Assembly (NCBI GenBank): GCA_002402995.1
Contig: DHGX01000003.1
Span: 3,765 to 67,764 of the forward strand
Direction of reading: 5' to 3'
Origin: Patescibacteria group bacterium UBA4787
Lineage (GTDB): Bacteria; Patescibacteriota; Patescibacteriia; UBA2591; UBA4787
Length of the DNA: 64,000 bases
Position numbers and translations under genes: made by a program. Below the pieces are notes generated by a model. It did not search any database and was not told the origin of the DNA. It saw only the letters and a program-made list of their open reading frames with translations. Shown one piece after another: positions 29,416 through 39,496 of this stretch. Each line of letters begins with the position of its first letter. The first letter of the stretch is position 1.

Positions 29416-31665
29416 ATGAAATCGGGGATTAAAAAATTTCTTATTTTTTTCTTTAGTTTGATGCTGGCGTCTTCCGGCTTCCATGGTTTTTTATTGGCGC
29501 AATTTAATAATAGCGCCAGTTCGACGACCAACAATAATTTCGTTCCAGGCGAACTCTTGATTCAACTCAAAAATAGCGACAAAATTTATAAAATTAAATA
29601 TCCGGACAATCTCGACCCAGAAAAACTAAAAGAAATTATTTTAGATAATCCTATTATCGAAAAAGCAGAACCCAATTATCGGTTTAAAATAAGCTATATT
29701 CCTTCAGATCCGTTGCTCGGAGAGCAGTGGAATTTAAGTAAAATTAAAGCGTCTCAGGCTTGGGATATTACTAAGGGCGGGGCGAACGATGTAGTCGTCG
29801 CTGTTTTAGATACGGGCGTTGATATCAATCATCCTGATTTGAGGTCTAATATCTGGACCAACGATAAAGAAATTCCAGGCAATGGCATAGACGACGATCG
29901 CAATGGATACATAGATGATTATTATGGGTGGGATTTTGTGCGTAACGAGCCTAATCCACAACCCAAATTTGATGAACCTTATAACGCCGCAGCCATTCAT
30001 CACGGCACGATTGTTTCGGGACTAATTGCGGCCGTAGGCGACAATAATCAGGGCGTTGCGGGTGTGGCTTGGAAATCAAAAATTATGGCTTTAAGGGTTT
30101 TGGATAGCGAAGGCAATGGCTCTGTTGATTCGGTTATCCGCGCGGTTAATTACGCGATTAGCCATCGCGCGAATATTATCAATTTAAGTTTTATTGGTTC
30201 TAATAAGAGCGACTTTTTAGCTCAAGCTCTAAAAAGAGCGTGGCAGGCTGGTCTGGTTATTGTGGCCGCGGCAGGTAATGAAGCAACGGGTCAAATAGAA
30301 GATTTGGATCAAGCCCCGGCTTATCCTATTTGTTTAGATAGCGGCGATACAGATAATTACATTATCGGCGTAGCCGCGACCGACCAAAATGATCAAAAGG
30401 GTGGTTATTCCAACTATGGCTCTCGCTGTATTGATATTTCCGCGCCAGGCAGTCGAGTGTATGGGTTAATGGTTTATAGTCCGAGTATGGGCGATGATTT
30501 TAAGGAATATTATGGCGGATATTGGTCTGGCACTTCGGTGGCTGCGCCCTTGGTTTCCGGGGCAGCGGCTCTTTTAAAGGCGGTTAATCCTTTAATCAGC
30601 AATATTCAAATTAGAAATATTTTAATGGCTCAGGCCGACAATATTGATTTATTAAATGTTAATTACGCTGGAAAACTGGGCTCAGGCCGTCTTAATGTTT
30701 ATCGCGCGGTTGATTATGTCTATAGCCAGCTTCTTAATTTGCCCCAGCCTCGTTATATAGTAACGGCTGCAGGTCCCGGCGGTGGCCCGCATATTAAAAT
30801 TCTTAAATCTAACGGAATTGAAATCTCGGGTTTTATGGCCTATGATGAAAAATTTAGAGGTGGAGTGAAAATTGCCACCGGTGATGTTGATGGCGACGGT
30901 GAAGATGAAATTATCACCTTGCCGGCTTCGGGCAATCAATCTCTATTAAAAATTTTTAATTCCAGGGGACAATTAAAAAATCAATTTTCCATAATTAATA
31001 AAGAAGACAAATTTAAGGGCGGAAATCTGACGGTCGCCGATATTGACGAAGACAACAAGGCGGAAATTTTAGTGGCGGCCGGCGCAGGAAGCGCTCCGTA
31101 TGTTTATGTTTATAATTTTGACGGTGAGCTAAAATTAAAATTTTTAGCTTATGCCAAGAACTTTTTGGGCGGATTTAATGTGGCAGTTGGCGATGTTGAC
31201 AAAGACGGCATTAAGGAAATTGTTACCGCGCCTCAGGCTGGCGGTGGACCACACGTGAGGGTTTTCACTCCGGAAGGTTGGGCTAAATATAGTTTTTTCG
31301 CGTTTCTTAAAACTTTCCGCGGCGGAATCAATCTTGCGGTCGGTGATCTTAATAACGACGGCCAAGATGAAATTATTACGACGATTGCATCTAAAGCCAG
31401 TCCTTTTGTCAGGGTTTTCAACCAATTCGGCGACTTAAAAGTTCAGTATCTGGCTTACGATCGTAATTTTAATAAAGGCGTAAATATTGCCACCAGCGAT
31501 TTAAATGATGACGGAATGGCCGAAGTCATTACTGGTCCTGGTTTTGGCGGCGGTCCGCATATCCGTATTTTTGATTATTATGGCGATGTTAAATCGCAGT
31601 TTTTTGCTTACACCAAGAATTTTCTAGGCGGTGTTTCGGTGGCTACGATTAAAATCAAAGAGTAG
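29416..31665 (+). CDS. Secreted subtilisin-like S8 serine protease with C-terminal FG-GAP/VCBS-type 7-repeat beta-propeller
   Basis: Signal peptide. Catalytic triad contexts VAVLDTGVD (Asp), HGTIVSGLIAA (His), GTSVAAPLVSGAAALL (Ser). Seven …GGGPH(I/V)(K/R)(I/V)F…GDVD(G/K)DG…E(I/V)(I/V)T repeats. Confidence 0.8.
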   Translation: MKSGIKKFLIFFFSLMLASSGFHGFLLAQFNNSASSTTNNNFVPGELLIQLKNSDKIYKIKYPDNLDPEKLKEIILDNPIIEKAEPNYRFKISYIPSDPLLGEQWNLSKIKASQAWDITKGGANDVVVAVLDTGVDINHPDLRSNIWTNDKEIPGNGIDDDRNGYIDDYYGWDFVRNEPNPQPKFDEPYNAAAIHHGTIVSGLIAAVGDNNQGVAGVAWKSKIMALRVLDSEGNGSVDSVIRAVNYAISHRANIINLSFIGSNKSDFLAQALKRAWQAGLVIVAAAGNEATGQIEDLDQAPAYPICLDSGDTDNYIIGVAATDQNDQKGGYSNYGSRCIDISAPGSRVYGLMVYSPSMGDDFKEYYGGYWSGTSVAAPLVSGAAALLKAVNPLISNIQIRNILMAQADNIDLLNVNYAGKLGSGRLNVYRAVDYVYSQLLNLPQPRYIVTAAGPGGGPHIKILKSNGIEISGFMAYDEKFRGGVKIATGDVDGDGEDEIITLPASGNQSLLKIFNSRGQLKNQFSIINKEDKFKGGNLTVADIDEDNKAEILVAAGAGSAPYVYVYNFDGELKLKFLAYAKNFLGGFNVAVGDVDKDGIKEIVTAPQAGGGPHVRVFTPEGWAKYSFFAFLKTFRGGINLAVGDLNNDGQDEIITTIASKASPFVRVFNQFGDLKVQYLAYDRNFNKGVNIATSDLNDDGMAEVITGPGFGGGPHIRIFDYYGDVKSQFFAYTKNFLGGVSVATIKIKE

Positions 31666-31673
31666 CTTATATA

Positions 31674-32114
31674 ATGACAAAAAATATTTTCATTAAGATA
31701 AAAAATTTTTATCATACGGAGTTAGGTTGGCAAATGTTTCATTATTTTATCGCGGGCAGTGTTTGCACGCTTTTTGATTTCGCGGTTTATTTTTTTCTGA
31801 CCCGCTTTTTTAATTTTTGGCAAACACATTATGAGTGGGCCAATATTATTGCCTTGGTATTGAGCGCCACCATATTTTTTATTTGGAGTAAAAAAATAGT
31901 TTTTAAAAATCAAGACAAAAAAATATTTTGGCAATATATTAAATTTTGGTTGATGGTTGTCGTTACCACCCTGATCTATCAATGGCTTTTTATTCTGTTT
32001 ACTCGCGTTAATATTCACGATTTATTGGCCAAAGTTTTTTGCGCTATTATTGTCTTGTTGGTCAGATTTATTACCAACAAGTTTTGGGTATTTAAAAACC
32101 CTGCTCTTTTTTGA
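31674..32114 (+). CDS. GtrA-family membrane protein (polysaccharide synthesis associated)
   Basis: 146 aa, 4 TM, GtrA-like pattern …FHYFIAGSVCTLFDFAVYFFLTR…. Confidence 0.6.
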   Translation: MTKNIFIKIKNFYHTELGWQMFHYFIAGSVCTLFDFAVYFFLTRFFNFWQTHYEWANIIALVLSATIFFIWSKKIVFKNQDKKIFWQYIKFWLMVVVTTLIYQWLFILFTRVNIHDLLAKVFCAIIVLLVRFITNKFWVFKNPALF

Positions 32115-32124
32115 GCAGGGTTGA
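32095..32124. terminator. Bidirectional hairpin terminator overlapping the gtrA-like stop
   Basis: CCCTGCTCttttttGAGCAGGG perfect 8-bp stem. Confidence 0.55.
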
Positions 32125-32136
32125 TTGGATTGCGGT

Positions 32137-32762
32137 TTAGACGAGCGCAATGAGCAATATTCCTCCGACGCCTATTGCCAGCAGTATGAAGCTGATGATG
32201 TATCCTTCTCCGTTTGTAAAGAAAGCGTGCAGAAAGATATAAAACCCGGCTATAGCCACGATTACTGCTATGAAGAATAAGAGGAATATGCCGAAACTCA
32301 TATTGGTACAAACCCTTGTGATATCCTGACCGGTCATCTTAGCTAACAAAGCCTTGATTTCGCCTTTGGGATCTCGTCCATTGATAATGGGCTTGTGATA
32401 AAGTTCGGTCAGCGCGACCAGATCAGGATCGAGTTTCACGGTGATCAGATTGTCGCCATAAACCTTGATGGCTTCTTTTTGATCGCTTTGAACTTGTTGA
32501 TCAGAGGGATGAAATCGGCCCAGTCTTGGGGGCTGATCACTCCATCCGCGACTATCTCCTTCAGCGCCTTCTCGATAGCAGGCACCTGCGCGGCTAGATA
32601 TGTGTTGCGTACAGCCGCGGCTTTCGCGAAGTTCTCGTTGGGCGCTGATTCGAGTAAAGTCAGGCCGTCATAACCGAGCTGCGCTCTGTCAGCCAAAACC
32701 GGGTTGGTCAGCGTGACGAAAACCGCGATTGCGGCGAGCAGGGAAACCAGAATCCGTTTCAT
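32137..32762 (-). CDS. Secreted/membrane-anchored hypothetical protein with elevated GC, split into two frames (32445-32762 and 32137-32439) by an apparent frameshift in a 5-A run (32476-32480)
   Basis: Signal peptide MKRILVSLLAAIAVFVTLTNPVLA…; adding one A joins …FKAIKK to EAIKVYGDNLITVKLDPD… and a C-terminal double TM. GC ~50% (rough estimate) vs ~37% backbone. Confidence 0.5.
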
Positions 32763-33057
32763 AGGACCTCCTTAAATTGATTGTTATTTTTCAAAGATCT
32801 TGTTGTTCGATACAACAATATTAGCACAAAAATCGTTTTTTGTCAACCCCGTAGAATAAAATGAATAAGCCAATCAGCGGATCGGCTTATTAAAAAAATA
32901 TTCATTTTCCCCGCCTGCCAGAGCCTTAAAATATCTTTTGAGGGAAAAAATACCTTTTATTTTAATTAAGAGCCAAAATTTATCATAAACACTTTAGGCA
33001 ATTGGCTGGCAGGTCTATGGGGCTTCGGTCTGTAATTATAAATTCTGTATTCTATCG

Positions 33058-33110
33058 TCTTCCGCCAGCTGGCGGATTCTATTTTCTACTTTCTATTTTC
33101 TATTTTCTTT
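33058..33110. repeat. GC-palindrome TCCGCCAGCTGGCGGA followed by tandem CTATTTTCTA(C/T)TTT repeats (member of a recurring intergenic motif family)
   Basis: Same composite motif at 35466-35556, 39497-39578 and in reverse at ~63843-63900. Confidence 0.5.
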
Positions 33111-33737
33111 TTTACCACGAACAACTTCAATAATTGCCGGCAAAATAGAGAGAAAAATAATAACTAAAATAGTAATACTAAAGTTGTTTTTAATCATTGG
33201 TATGTTGCCGAAAAAATATCCGCCCAAAGTAAAAATCGTCACCCAGATCCAGCCCCCCAAAAGATTATAAGAAAGAAATTTAAAATAATTCATTTTACCG
33301 ATACCGGCCACGAACGGCGCAAAAGTTCGCATTATAGGAATAAATCTGGCGAGAATAATGGTTTTGCCGCCGTATTTTTCGTAAAATTTGCGCGATTTTT
33401 CTAAATATTCTTTTTTAAAAAGACGCGATTTTTCTTGAGAAAAGATTTTAGGCCCGACAAAGTAGCCAATCCAATAATTAACAGTATCGCCTAAAAAGGC
33501 GGCCACGATTAAAAGCAAATAAATCCACTCAATTTTTAAAAAACCTTTGGCGCTAAGGGCGCCGACCGCGAACAAAAGAGAATCGCCGGGCAAAAACGGC
33601 GCTACCACCAGCCCGGTTTCGCAAAAGATAATTAAAAATAAAATTAAATAGGTCCATAAGCCGCAGACCTGGATAATTAAACCAAGGTATTGGTCTAGAT
33701 GAATCAAGAACGAAAATAATCTTTTAATTATTTCCAT
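33093..33737 (-). CDS. DedA/TVP38-family membrane protein
   Basis: …LVVAPFLPGDSLLFAVGAL…GYFVGPKIFS…, DedA core. Confidence 0.8.
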   Translation of the reverse strand: MEIIKRLFSFLIHLDQYLGLIIQVCGLWTYLILFLIIFCETGLVVAPFLPGDSLLFAVGALSAKGFLKIEWIYLLLIVAAFLGDTVNYWIGYFVGPKIFSQEKSRLFKKEYLEKSRKFYEKYGGKTIILARFIPIMRTFAPFVAGIGKMNYFKFLSYNLLGGWIWVTIFTLGGYFFGNIPMIKNNFSITILVIIFLSILPAIIEVVRGKKENRK

Positions 33738-33984
33738 AGTTTCTGTATTTCATCCTTAGAATTAAAAGAAAAATGGTTGATGAGCCGAAGAGTATCTGGG
33801 TTAGAATAATCGGCGAGCTTGCTTTTAATAAGCCATACCAAAACCAAAAAATACCCGCCGTTAGATACGTAAGAATCATGCCCAAAGAAAGCCCTTTGAC
33901 GTTTTTAGTAATTAAGGTTTTTCTAATTTGCGGCAACAAACTAATGGCGCTGAAAAAACTGGCGATATAACCGATAAGTTCCAT
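33724..33984 (-). CDS. SemiSWEET / PQ-loop sugar transporter (3-TM, 86 aa)
   Basis: Three TM helices with the PQ motif in TM1 (LLPQIRKTL), typical size for a bacterial SemiSWEET; 14-nt overlap with the dedA start. Confidence 0.6.
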   Translation of the reverse strand: MELIGYIASFFSAISLLPQIRKTLITKNVKGLSLGMILTYLTAGIFWFWYGLLKASSPIILTQILFGSSTIFLLILRMKYRNYGNN

Positions 33985-33993
33985 AAAATTATC

Positions 33994-35475
33994 TTATTGT
34001 ATTTTAATTTTAACTAAGTAATTTTTGTTATTTTGGCGTTCAATAAAGTATAAATTTTTACTTTGATCTACCCCCAATATTTTTTCAATGAAAACGTTTT
34101 TTATAATTTCGGATCGATAATAATAGTCGCGATTATCAAGCTCTAAGGCGATGAGTCGCTCGGAATTAGCGTAAACGATATAATTATTATCATACCAGGC
34201 TACGTCTTTAATTAAATTGCTTTCGCGTAAAACTATTTCATTCTTTATAATTTTTTGATCGTTCTCTCTCTTAACGGTCAAGGCAATAATTTCCCAGTCA
34301 TTAAAACAAATAGTCGTTTCGTCTAATTTGATTACCTTGCGACAGAAGTATTTATTTGATAATTCCTGCCCTTGATTATCGTTTAGGTTAATAAAGTAAT
34401 AATTTTTCAAGCCGTCTTTAATAGAGATAAAACCATCCGTTAAAAAAATATCCTCTAATTGATATTTGCCATCAGGCAAATATATTTTTTTGACAATATC
34501 ATCCGGCTTGTAGTTCGTCCATCCGCTTTTTTTCCTGATTTGGTAGAAATTAATACCTTTTTGATTTTTGGCGACCAAATAAACAAAATTATTATCAATT
34601 AACCAGTCGTTTATTTCTGAATTTTTTAATCCTACCCACTGCGGGTTAAAGATAATCTTCAGAGACTCTTGCGCGGGGTCATAATCATAAACGATTTTTT
34701 TATTATCAAAAGATAAACTCGCGCTATTAGCCCAACGGACATGATTGACGAAAGATATGCCTGGGATTTTAGCCAAATTTTCCGCTGTTTTGTTTAAATC
34801 GACCACAACAATGCCACCGGATTGATCAACCATCGCGAATTTAGTGCCGTCGTTATTTAAAATATTTTTGACTTCGCCCCGCAGGTTATTTTTTATTAGA
34901 GGACGATCAGAAATTTTTAGATCGGTGGTGTCAATTAGATAAATTCTATTATATGTTTTTTTCTGGGCGATAATTTTATTTTGACGATGATCAGATTCAA
35001 AAAACGTATCCACGGGCATTTCTTTTTTCTCTACGACTGGTTGTGCCAAAAAAAGATTTATTTTTTTACTGAAGGTCGTTTGGCCGGCAACGATTTCTAA
35101 TTTCTTTTGCCAATTTTGATAACCGTTCTTGCTTATAGAGACATTATAAATATTAGGAAGAAGGTGACTGATCAGAGTCGGCGTACTGCTTTCTATCTTT
35201 GTTAAGCCTAGTAGTTCTTTATAAAATAATAGCCGTTGGTACCAGCGGTCATTAATGGTTCGCCCATTAATAATTACTTTGGCTCCCGGCGGAGCGGAAT
35301 CTAAATAAAGGTTGCCTGTTTGGGTGAATTTTCGACTAATCGGGCTATAGCGATAGCCATAGCTATACAAAATAATTAAAGGGGCTAAAATAATGAAGGC
35401 TAATACTCCTAGTCCGATGATTAATTTTCTTAATTTATCCGGCATGATAGAAATAATTACTACTTGTCCGCCCAA
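33994..35475 (-). CDS. N-terminally membrane-anchored hypothetical protein with PEGA-like domain (probable true start ATG at 35447)
   Basis: MPDKLRKLIIGLGVLAFIILAPLIILY TM anchor; PEGA-like …PGAKVIINGRT…NVSISKNGYQNWQKKLEIVAGQTTFSKKINL. The track start at 35475 uses TTG. Confidence 0.55.
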   Translation of the reverse strand: MGGQVVIISIMPDKLRKLIIGLGVLAFIILAPLIILYSYGYRYSPISRKFTQTGNLYLDSAPPGAKVIINGRTINDRWYQRLLFYKELLGLTKIESSTPTLISHLLPNIYNVSISKNGYQNWQKKLEIVAGQTTFSKKINLFLAQPVVEKKEMPVDTFFESDHRQNKIIAQKKTYNRIYLIDTTDLKISDRPLIKNNLRGEVKNILNNDGTKFAMVDQSGGIVVVDLNKTAENLAKIPGISFVNHVRWANSASLSFDNKKIVYDYDPAQESLKIIFNPQWVGLKNSEINDWLIDNNFVYLVAKNQKGINFYQIRKKSGWTNYKPDDIVKKIYLPDGKYQLEDIFLTDGFISIKDGLKNYYFINLNDNQGQELSNKYFCRKVIKLDETTICFNDWEIIALTVKRENDQKIIKNEIVLRESNLIKDVAWYDNNYIVYANSERLIALELDNRDYYYRSEIIKNVFIEKILGVDQSKNLYFIERQNNKNYLVKIKIQ

Positions 35476-35556
35476 GGCGGATCGGTCTTGGTCTGGCGAA
35501 TTAAAATTAAATTTTAACTTCTATTTTCTACTTTCTATTTTCTAAATTCTAATCCT
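35466..35556. repeat. Divergent intergenic region carrying GC-palindrome TCCGCCCAAGGCGGA and TTCTATTTTCTACTTTCTATTTTCTAAATTCTAA repeats
   Basis: Motif family shared with 33058-33110 and 39497-39578; lies between the divergently transcribed PEGA gene and murA. Confidence 0.5.
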
Positions 35557-36816
35557 ATGTCTAAATTTATTATTCGAGGCGGTAAAAAACTAAACGGCGA
35601 AGTTACGATCAAGGGGATGAAAAATGCAGCGACTCCTATTCTGGCGGCTACTTTGCTTACCGAAGGATCCTGCTTGATTGATAATTTGCCGCAGATATCG
35701 GACGTTTCCGCGATGCTTGATATTCTTAAAAGTCTGGGCAGTAAAATAGAAAAAATTTCCGAAGGTTGTTTGAGGATATGCAATAAGGGAATTGATTTAA
35801 AAAATTTAGACCAGAAATTAGTAAAGAAGATGCGTTCGTCCGTGTTGTTTATGGGGCCGCTTTTGGCGCGATTCGGTTCTGTGGAAATTTCCGAGCCAGG
35901 CGGATGCATTATCGGCAACCGTCCTTTGGGTACGCATTTTTACGCTTTGGAAAAATTGGGAGCTAAAATTATCAAAGAAGAGGCCTTTTATAAAATAAAC
36001 GCTGATAAATTAATCGGCAGTCTTATTACTTTACCAGAATTTTCAGTTACGGCAACCGAAAACGCTATAATGGCTGCGGTTTTAGCTCATGGTAAAACCA
36101 CTATTAAACTAGCGGCTGCCGAGCCCCATGTTCAAGATTTGTGTCTATTTTTAAATAAGATGGGAGCCAGCGTCTCTGGTATCGGAACGCATATATTAAT
36201 TATTGAAGGAGTTAAGAAATTGAAAGGAGCCGAACATCATATTATCCCGGACCAAATTGAGGCCGGCACTTTTGCGGTTGCCGCGTCTTTAACGCGTGGA
36301 CACGTTTTGCTCAAAAATATCGAACCCGAACATTTAGATATAATTTTGTTGAAATTAAATCAGGTTGGTATTAATTTTGAAATTCGTCACAAAGAAATTC
36401 AATTTTTGCCATCTTCTAATTTAAAGTCATTCAGACTCCAGTCCTTGCCTTATCCGGGATTCCCGACTGATCTGCAAGCGCCTTTTGGGGTTTTGGCCAC
36501 ACAATGCCAAGGAACAACTTTAATCCACGATCCGCTTTTTGAGGGGCGCATGGGCTATATTCAGGAATTAGTTAAAATGGGAGCGAACGCGATCGTCGCC
36601 GATCCACATCGAGTTATTGTTAATGGGCCAACGCCGCTTTATGGTCAAGAAATCAGGAGTTTTGATTTGCGCGCCGGCGCTACATTAATTATTGCTGGTT
36701 TGATCGCCCAAGGCGAAACAATAATTAATCAGGCAGAGATCGTTGATCGCGGTTACGAAAAAATAGAGGAACGCTTAAATAGTTTAGGGGCAGAAATAAA
36801 AAGGATTGAAGATTAA
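35557..36816 (+). CDS. murA: UDP-N-acetylglucosamine 1-carboxyvinyltransferase
   Basis: MSKFIIRGGKKLNGEVTIKGMKNAATPILAATLL…, 419 aa EPT-fold enzyme. Confidence 0.9.
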   Translation: MSKFIIRGGKKLNGEVTIKGMKNAATPILAATLLTEGSCLIDNLPQISDVSAMLDILKSLGSKIEKISEGCLRICNKGIDLKNLDQKLVKKMRSSVLFMGPLLARFGSVEISEPGGCIIGNRPLGTHFYALEKLGAKIIKEEAFYKINADKLIGSLITLPEFSVTATENAIMAAVLAHGKTTIKLAAAEPHVQDLCLFLNKMGASVSGIGTHILIIEGVKKLKGAEHHIIPDQIEAGTFAVAASLTRGHVLLKNIEPEHLDIILLKLNQVGINFEIRHKEIQFLPSSNLKSFRLQSLPYPGFPTDLQAPFGVLATQCQGTTLIHDPLFEGRMGYIQELVKMGANAIVADPHRVIVNGPTPLYGQEIRSFDLRAGATLIIAGLIAQGETIINQAEIVDRGYEKIEERLNSLGAEIKRIED

Positions 36817-36950
36817 TTCTTGCCGTTTTAATTATTCGGTGCTATAATTTATGAGCGAGGACGTAAAATAAAAGTCTTCTTTTAATTTGACTCCGAGCGA
36901 ATAAATTTCAGGAGCGAAGCGAATCTTATTAATAAATATAATTTTAAACT

Positions 36951-38585
36951 TTGTTTTATATGTCAAAAAGCAACAAAAATTGGACATTACTTATCGTTAT
37001 TCTCTTAATAACGATTTTTTGTTTATTGGTTGATGTCCCGAGAGTGCCTGAGTGGGTGCCTTTTAGTTCGTGGTTTACCAAACAAAAAATTCATTTAGGT
37101 CTTGATTTACAAGGTGGCACGCAATTGATTTATCAAACCGACACCAGTAATATCCCAGACGATCAGCGCGCGGCAGCGGTTGAGGGCGCGCGCGATGTTA
37201 TTGAGCGCCGTGTTAATTTTTTTGGCGTGGGCGAGCCGCTTATTCATACGGCCAAAGCCGCAAATGAATGGAAAATCGTAATCGAATTGCCCGGAGTTAA
37301 AAATGTTAAAGATGCCATTAAAATGATAGGCGAAACGCCTATACTTGAATTTCGCGAACAAGGTGCGCCCGAGCAATTAACCAGTCAAGAAAAAAAAGAT
37401 AGAGAAAATTATAATAAAAAAGCCGAGCAAAGGGCCAATGATATTTTAAAGAAAGTCTTAAAGACGGGCGTTGACTTTGCTGTTTTAGCAAAAGAATATT
37501 CTGAGGATAGTGGCAGCAAAGCTCAGGGCGGCGATCTTGGATGGTTTAGTGAGGGTACGATGGTTCCGGAATTTGAAAAAGCGGCTTTTGCTTTAAAAAA
37601 AGGAGAGACCACCAAACAATTAGCAGAAAGCTCTTTCGGTTATCATATTATTAAAAAATTTGACGAGAGAAAAACGGCCGACGAAAAGGAAGAAATTAAG
37701 GCCAGCCATATTCTTATTAAAACTCAATCGCTCGAAATTGATTTAAACCGGCCGGAATATCAGTGGCAGTATACGGGTTTAACTGGCAAACAGTTGAAAA
37801 GCGCTCAAATGACTTTTGGCGGAGACACCAACGAACCAGAAGTTTCATTAGAATTTAACGAAGAAGGAACAAAATTATTCAGTGAAATTACTCAGCGCAA
37901 TGTTGGCAAGCCAGTGGCTATTTTTTTGGACGGGGTGCCGATTAGCATTCCGACCGTGCGCGAAACCATCACCGGCGGTAAGGCTGTGATTACCGGTAAT
38001 TTCAATATTAAAGAAACGAAAGAATTAGCTCAGAGATTAAGCGCCGGCGCTTTGCCTGTGGCTATTAATTTGGTCAGTCAGCAAAATATTGGTCCCAGTT
38101 TAGGCCGTCTTTCAGTTAATAAAAGTTTTGTGGCTGGCATCATCGGTCTTTTAGCGGTTATGATTTTTATGATCGCTCTTTATGGTTTTTATGGGTTAAT
38201 CGCCTCAATTGCTTTATTGATTTACGCTCTAATTAATATGGCTGTTTATAAATTATTACCAGTTACTTTAACTTTATCCGCGATCGCGGGTTTTATCATC
38301 TCGCTTGGCATGGCCGTTGACGCGAATGTGCTTATTTTTGAGCGCATTAAAGACGAAAAGCGTTTAGGTAAATTTGGCGAAACAGCAATTAACGATGGCT
38401 TCCGCCACGCCTGGATCGCCATCCGCGACGGTAACATCACCACCCTAATCACTTGTTTTATCCTTTATTATTTTGGCACCGGTTTGATCCGCGGTTTCGG
38501 GCTAACACTAGGGTTGGGCGTTATTCTTAGTATATTTGCCGCAATTACCGTAACCCGTAATTTATTAAAATTATTTAACAAATAA
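36951..38585 (+). CDS. secD: Protein translocase subunit SecD with an inserted PpiC/parvulin-type PPIase domain (~nt 37370-37740)
   Basis: SecD hallmarks (KIHLGLDLQGGTQLIYQTD; C-terminal RND-like TM bundle) plus a parvulin signature FAVLAKEYSEDSGSKAQGGDLGWFSEGTMVPEFEKAAFALKKGE…FGYHIIKK…ASHILIK inside the periplasmic domain. Confidence 0.8.
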   Translation: MFYMSKSNKNWTLLIVILLITIFCLLVDVPRVPEWVPFSSWFTKQKIHLGLDLQGGTQLIYQTDTSNIPDDQRAAAVEGARDVIERRVNFFGVGEPLIHTAKAANEWKIVIELPGVKNVKDAIKMIGETPILEFREQGAPEQLTSQEKKDRENYNKKAEQRANDILKKVLKTGVDFAVLAKEYSEDSGSKAQGGDLGWFSEGTMVPEFEKAAFALKKGETTKQLAESSFGYHIIKKFDERKTADEKEEIKASHILIKTQSLEIDLNRPEYQWQYTGLTGKQLKSAQMTFGGDTNEPEVSLEFNEEGTKLFSEITQRNVGKPVAIFLDGVPISIPTVRETITGGKAVITGNFNIKETKELAQRLSAGALPVAINLVSQQNIGPSLGRLSVNKSFVAGIIGLLAVMIFMIALYGFYGLIASIALLIYALINMAVYKLLPVTLTLSAIAGFIISLGMAVDANVLIFERIKDEKRLGKFGETAINDGFRHAWIAIRDGNITTLITCFILYYFGTGLIRGFGLTLGLGVILSIFAAITVTRNLLKLFNK

Positions 38586-38590
38586 AATAT

Positions 38591-39496
38591 ATGTTTTATA
38601 AAATTATTCAAAAACGAAAAATATTTTTAATTATTTCCACGGTTGTTATTTTATTTTCTTTAATAGCCTTGATTGTTTGGGGTTTGAAATTCGGCATAGA
38701 TTTTACCGGCGGCACAATTATGGAAGTGCGCTATCTTTCCGTTAAAATTGACAATAATCAACAAATTATTGATAAACTCAAGGACTTAAAGCTGGAAAAT
38801 TTGAGCGTTCAATTAATAGGAGAGAATGGCGCAGTTATGCGTTTTAAAGACATTAACGAAGAAACTCATCAAAAAATATTAACCTCTCTAAACAGACTCG
38901 GAGATTTGGAAGAAATTTCTTTTCAGTCTATGGGTCCGATGATTGGTCGTGAATTAACGAACAAGGCTCGCTGGAGTGTTATTCTGGCTACGTTTTGTAT
39001 TTTGCTTTATGTCGCCTGGTCGTTCAGAAAATTATCTAAAGTTATCAAACAGGGTGAATCGTGGCGCTATGCTTTCGGCGCTATATTTTCTTTATTTCAT
39101 GATGTTATTGTTATGATCGGTTTTTACGCTGTTATGGGCCATTTCCGCCAAATGGAATTCAATGGTTTGGCTATTACGGCTATTCTAACCGTGTTGGGTT
39201 ATTCGGTTAATGATACGATTGTTATTTACGATCGTATTCGCGAAAATATTTTAGCACAAGGCGGCCGCAATTTAGAGGAGGTAATCAATAAAAGCCTTAA
39301 TGAAACTATCGCGCGGTCTTTTAACACTACGTTGACTACTATATTTGCGATTTTAGCCGTAGCGCTTTTTGGAGGCGCTAGCACGCGCGATTTTGCTTTT
39401 GCTCTGGCAGTTGGCGTTACAACGGGAGCTTGGTCTTCAATTTCAATTGCTTCTTCGTTCTTGTTGTTTAATCGCAAGGGTTTAAACAGAAAATAG
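38591..39496 (+). CDS. secF: Protein translocase subunit SecF
   Basis: …GIDFTGGTIMEVRY… and 6-TM C-terminal domain. Confidence 0.85.
   Translation: MFYKIIQKRKIFLIISTVVILFSLIALIVWGLKFGIDFTGGTIMEVRYLSVKIDNNQQIIDKLKDLKLENLSVQLIGENGAVMRFKDINEETHQKILTSLNRLGDLEEISFQSMGPMIGRELTNKARWSVILATFCILLYVAWSFRKLSKVIKQGESWRYAFGAIFSLFHDVIVMIGFYAVMGHFRQMEFNGLAITAILTVLGYSVNDTIVIYDRIRENILAQGGRNLEEVINKSLNETIARSFNTTLTTIFAILAVALFGGASTRDFAFALAVGVTTGAWSSISIASSFLLFNRKGLNRK

Noticed and set aside
32439-32445. Two separate small genes 32445-32762 and 32137-32439 on the minus strand
   Set aside because: A single extra A in the A5 run fuses them into one coherent signal-peptide + domain + TM protein; treated as one gene with a probable homopolymer error.
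33058-35556. CRISPR array suspected from CTATTTTCTA tandem repeats
   Set aside because: Repeats are short (9-10 nt), contiguous without spacers, and no cas genes are present.
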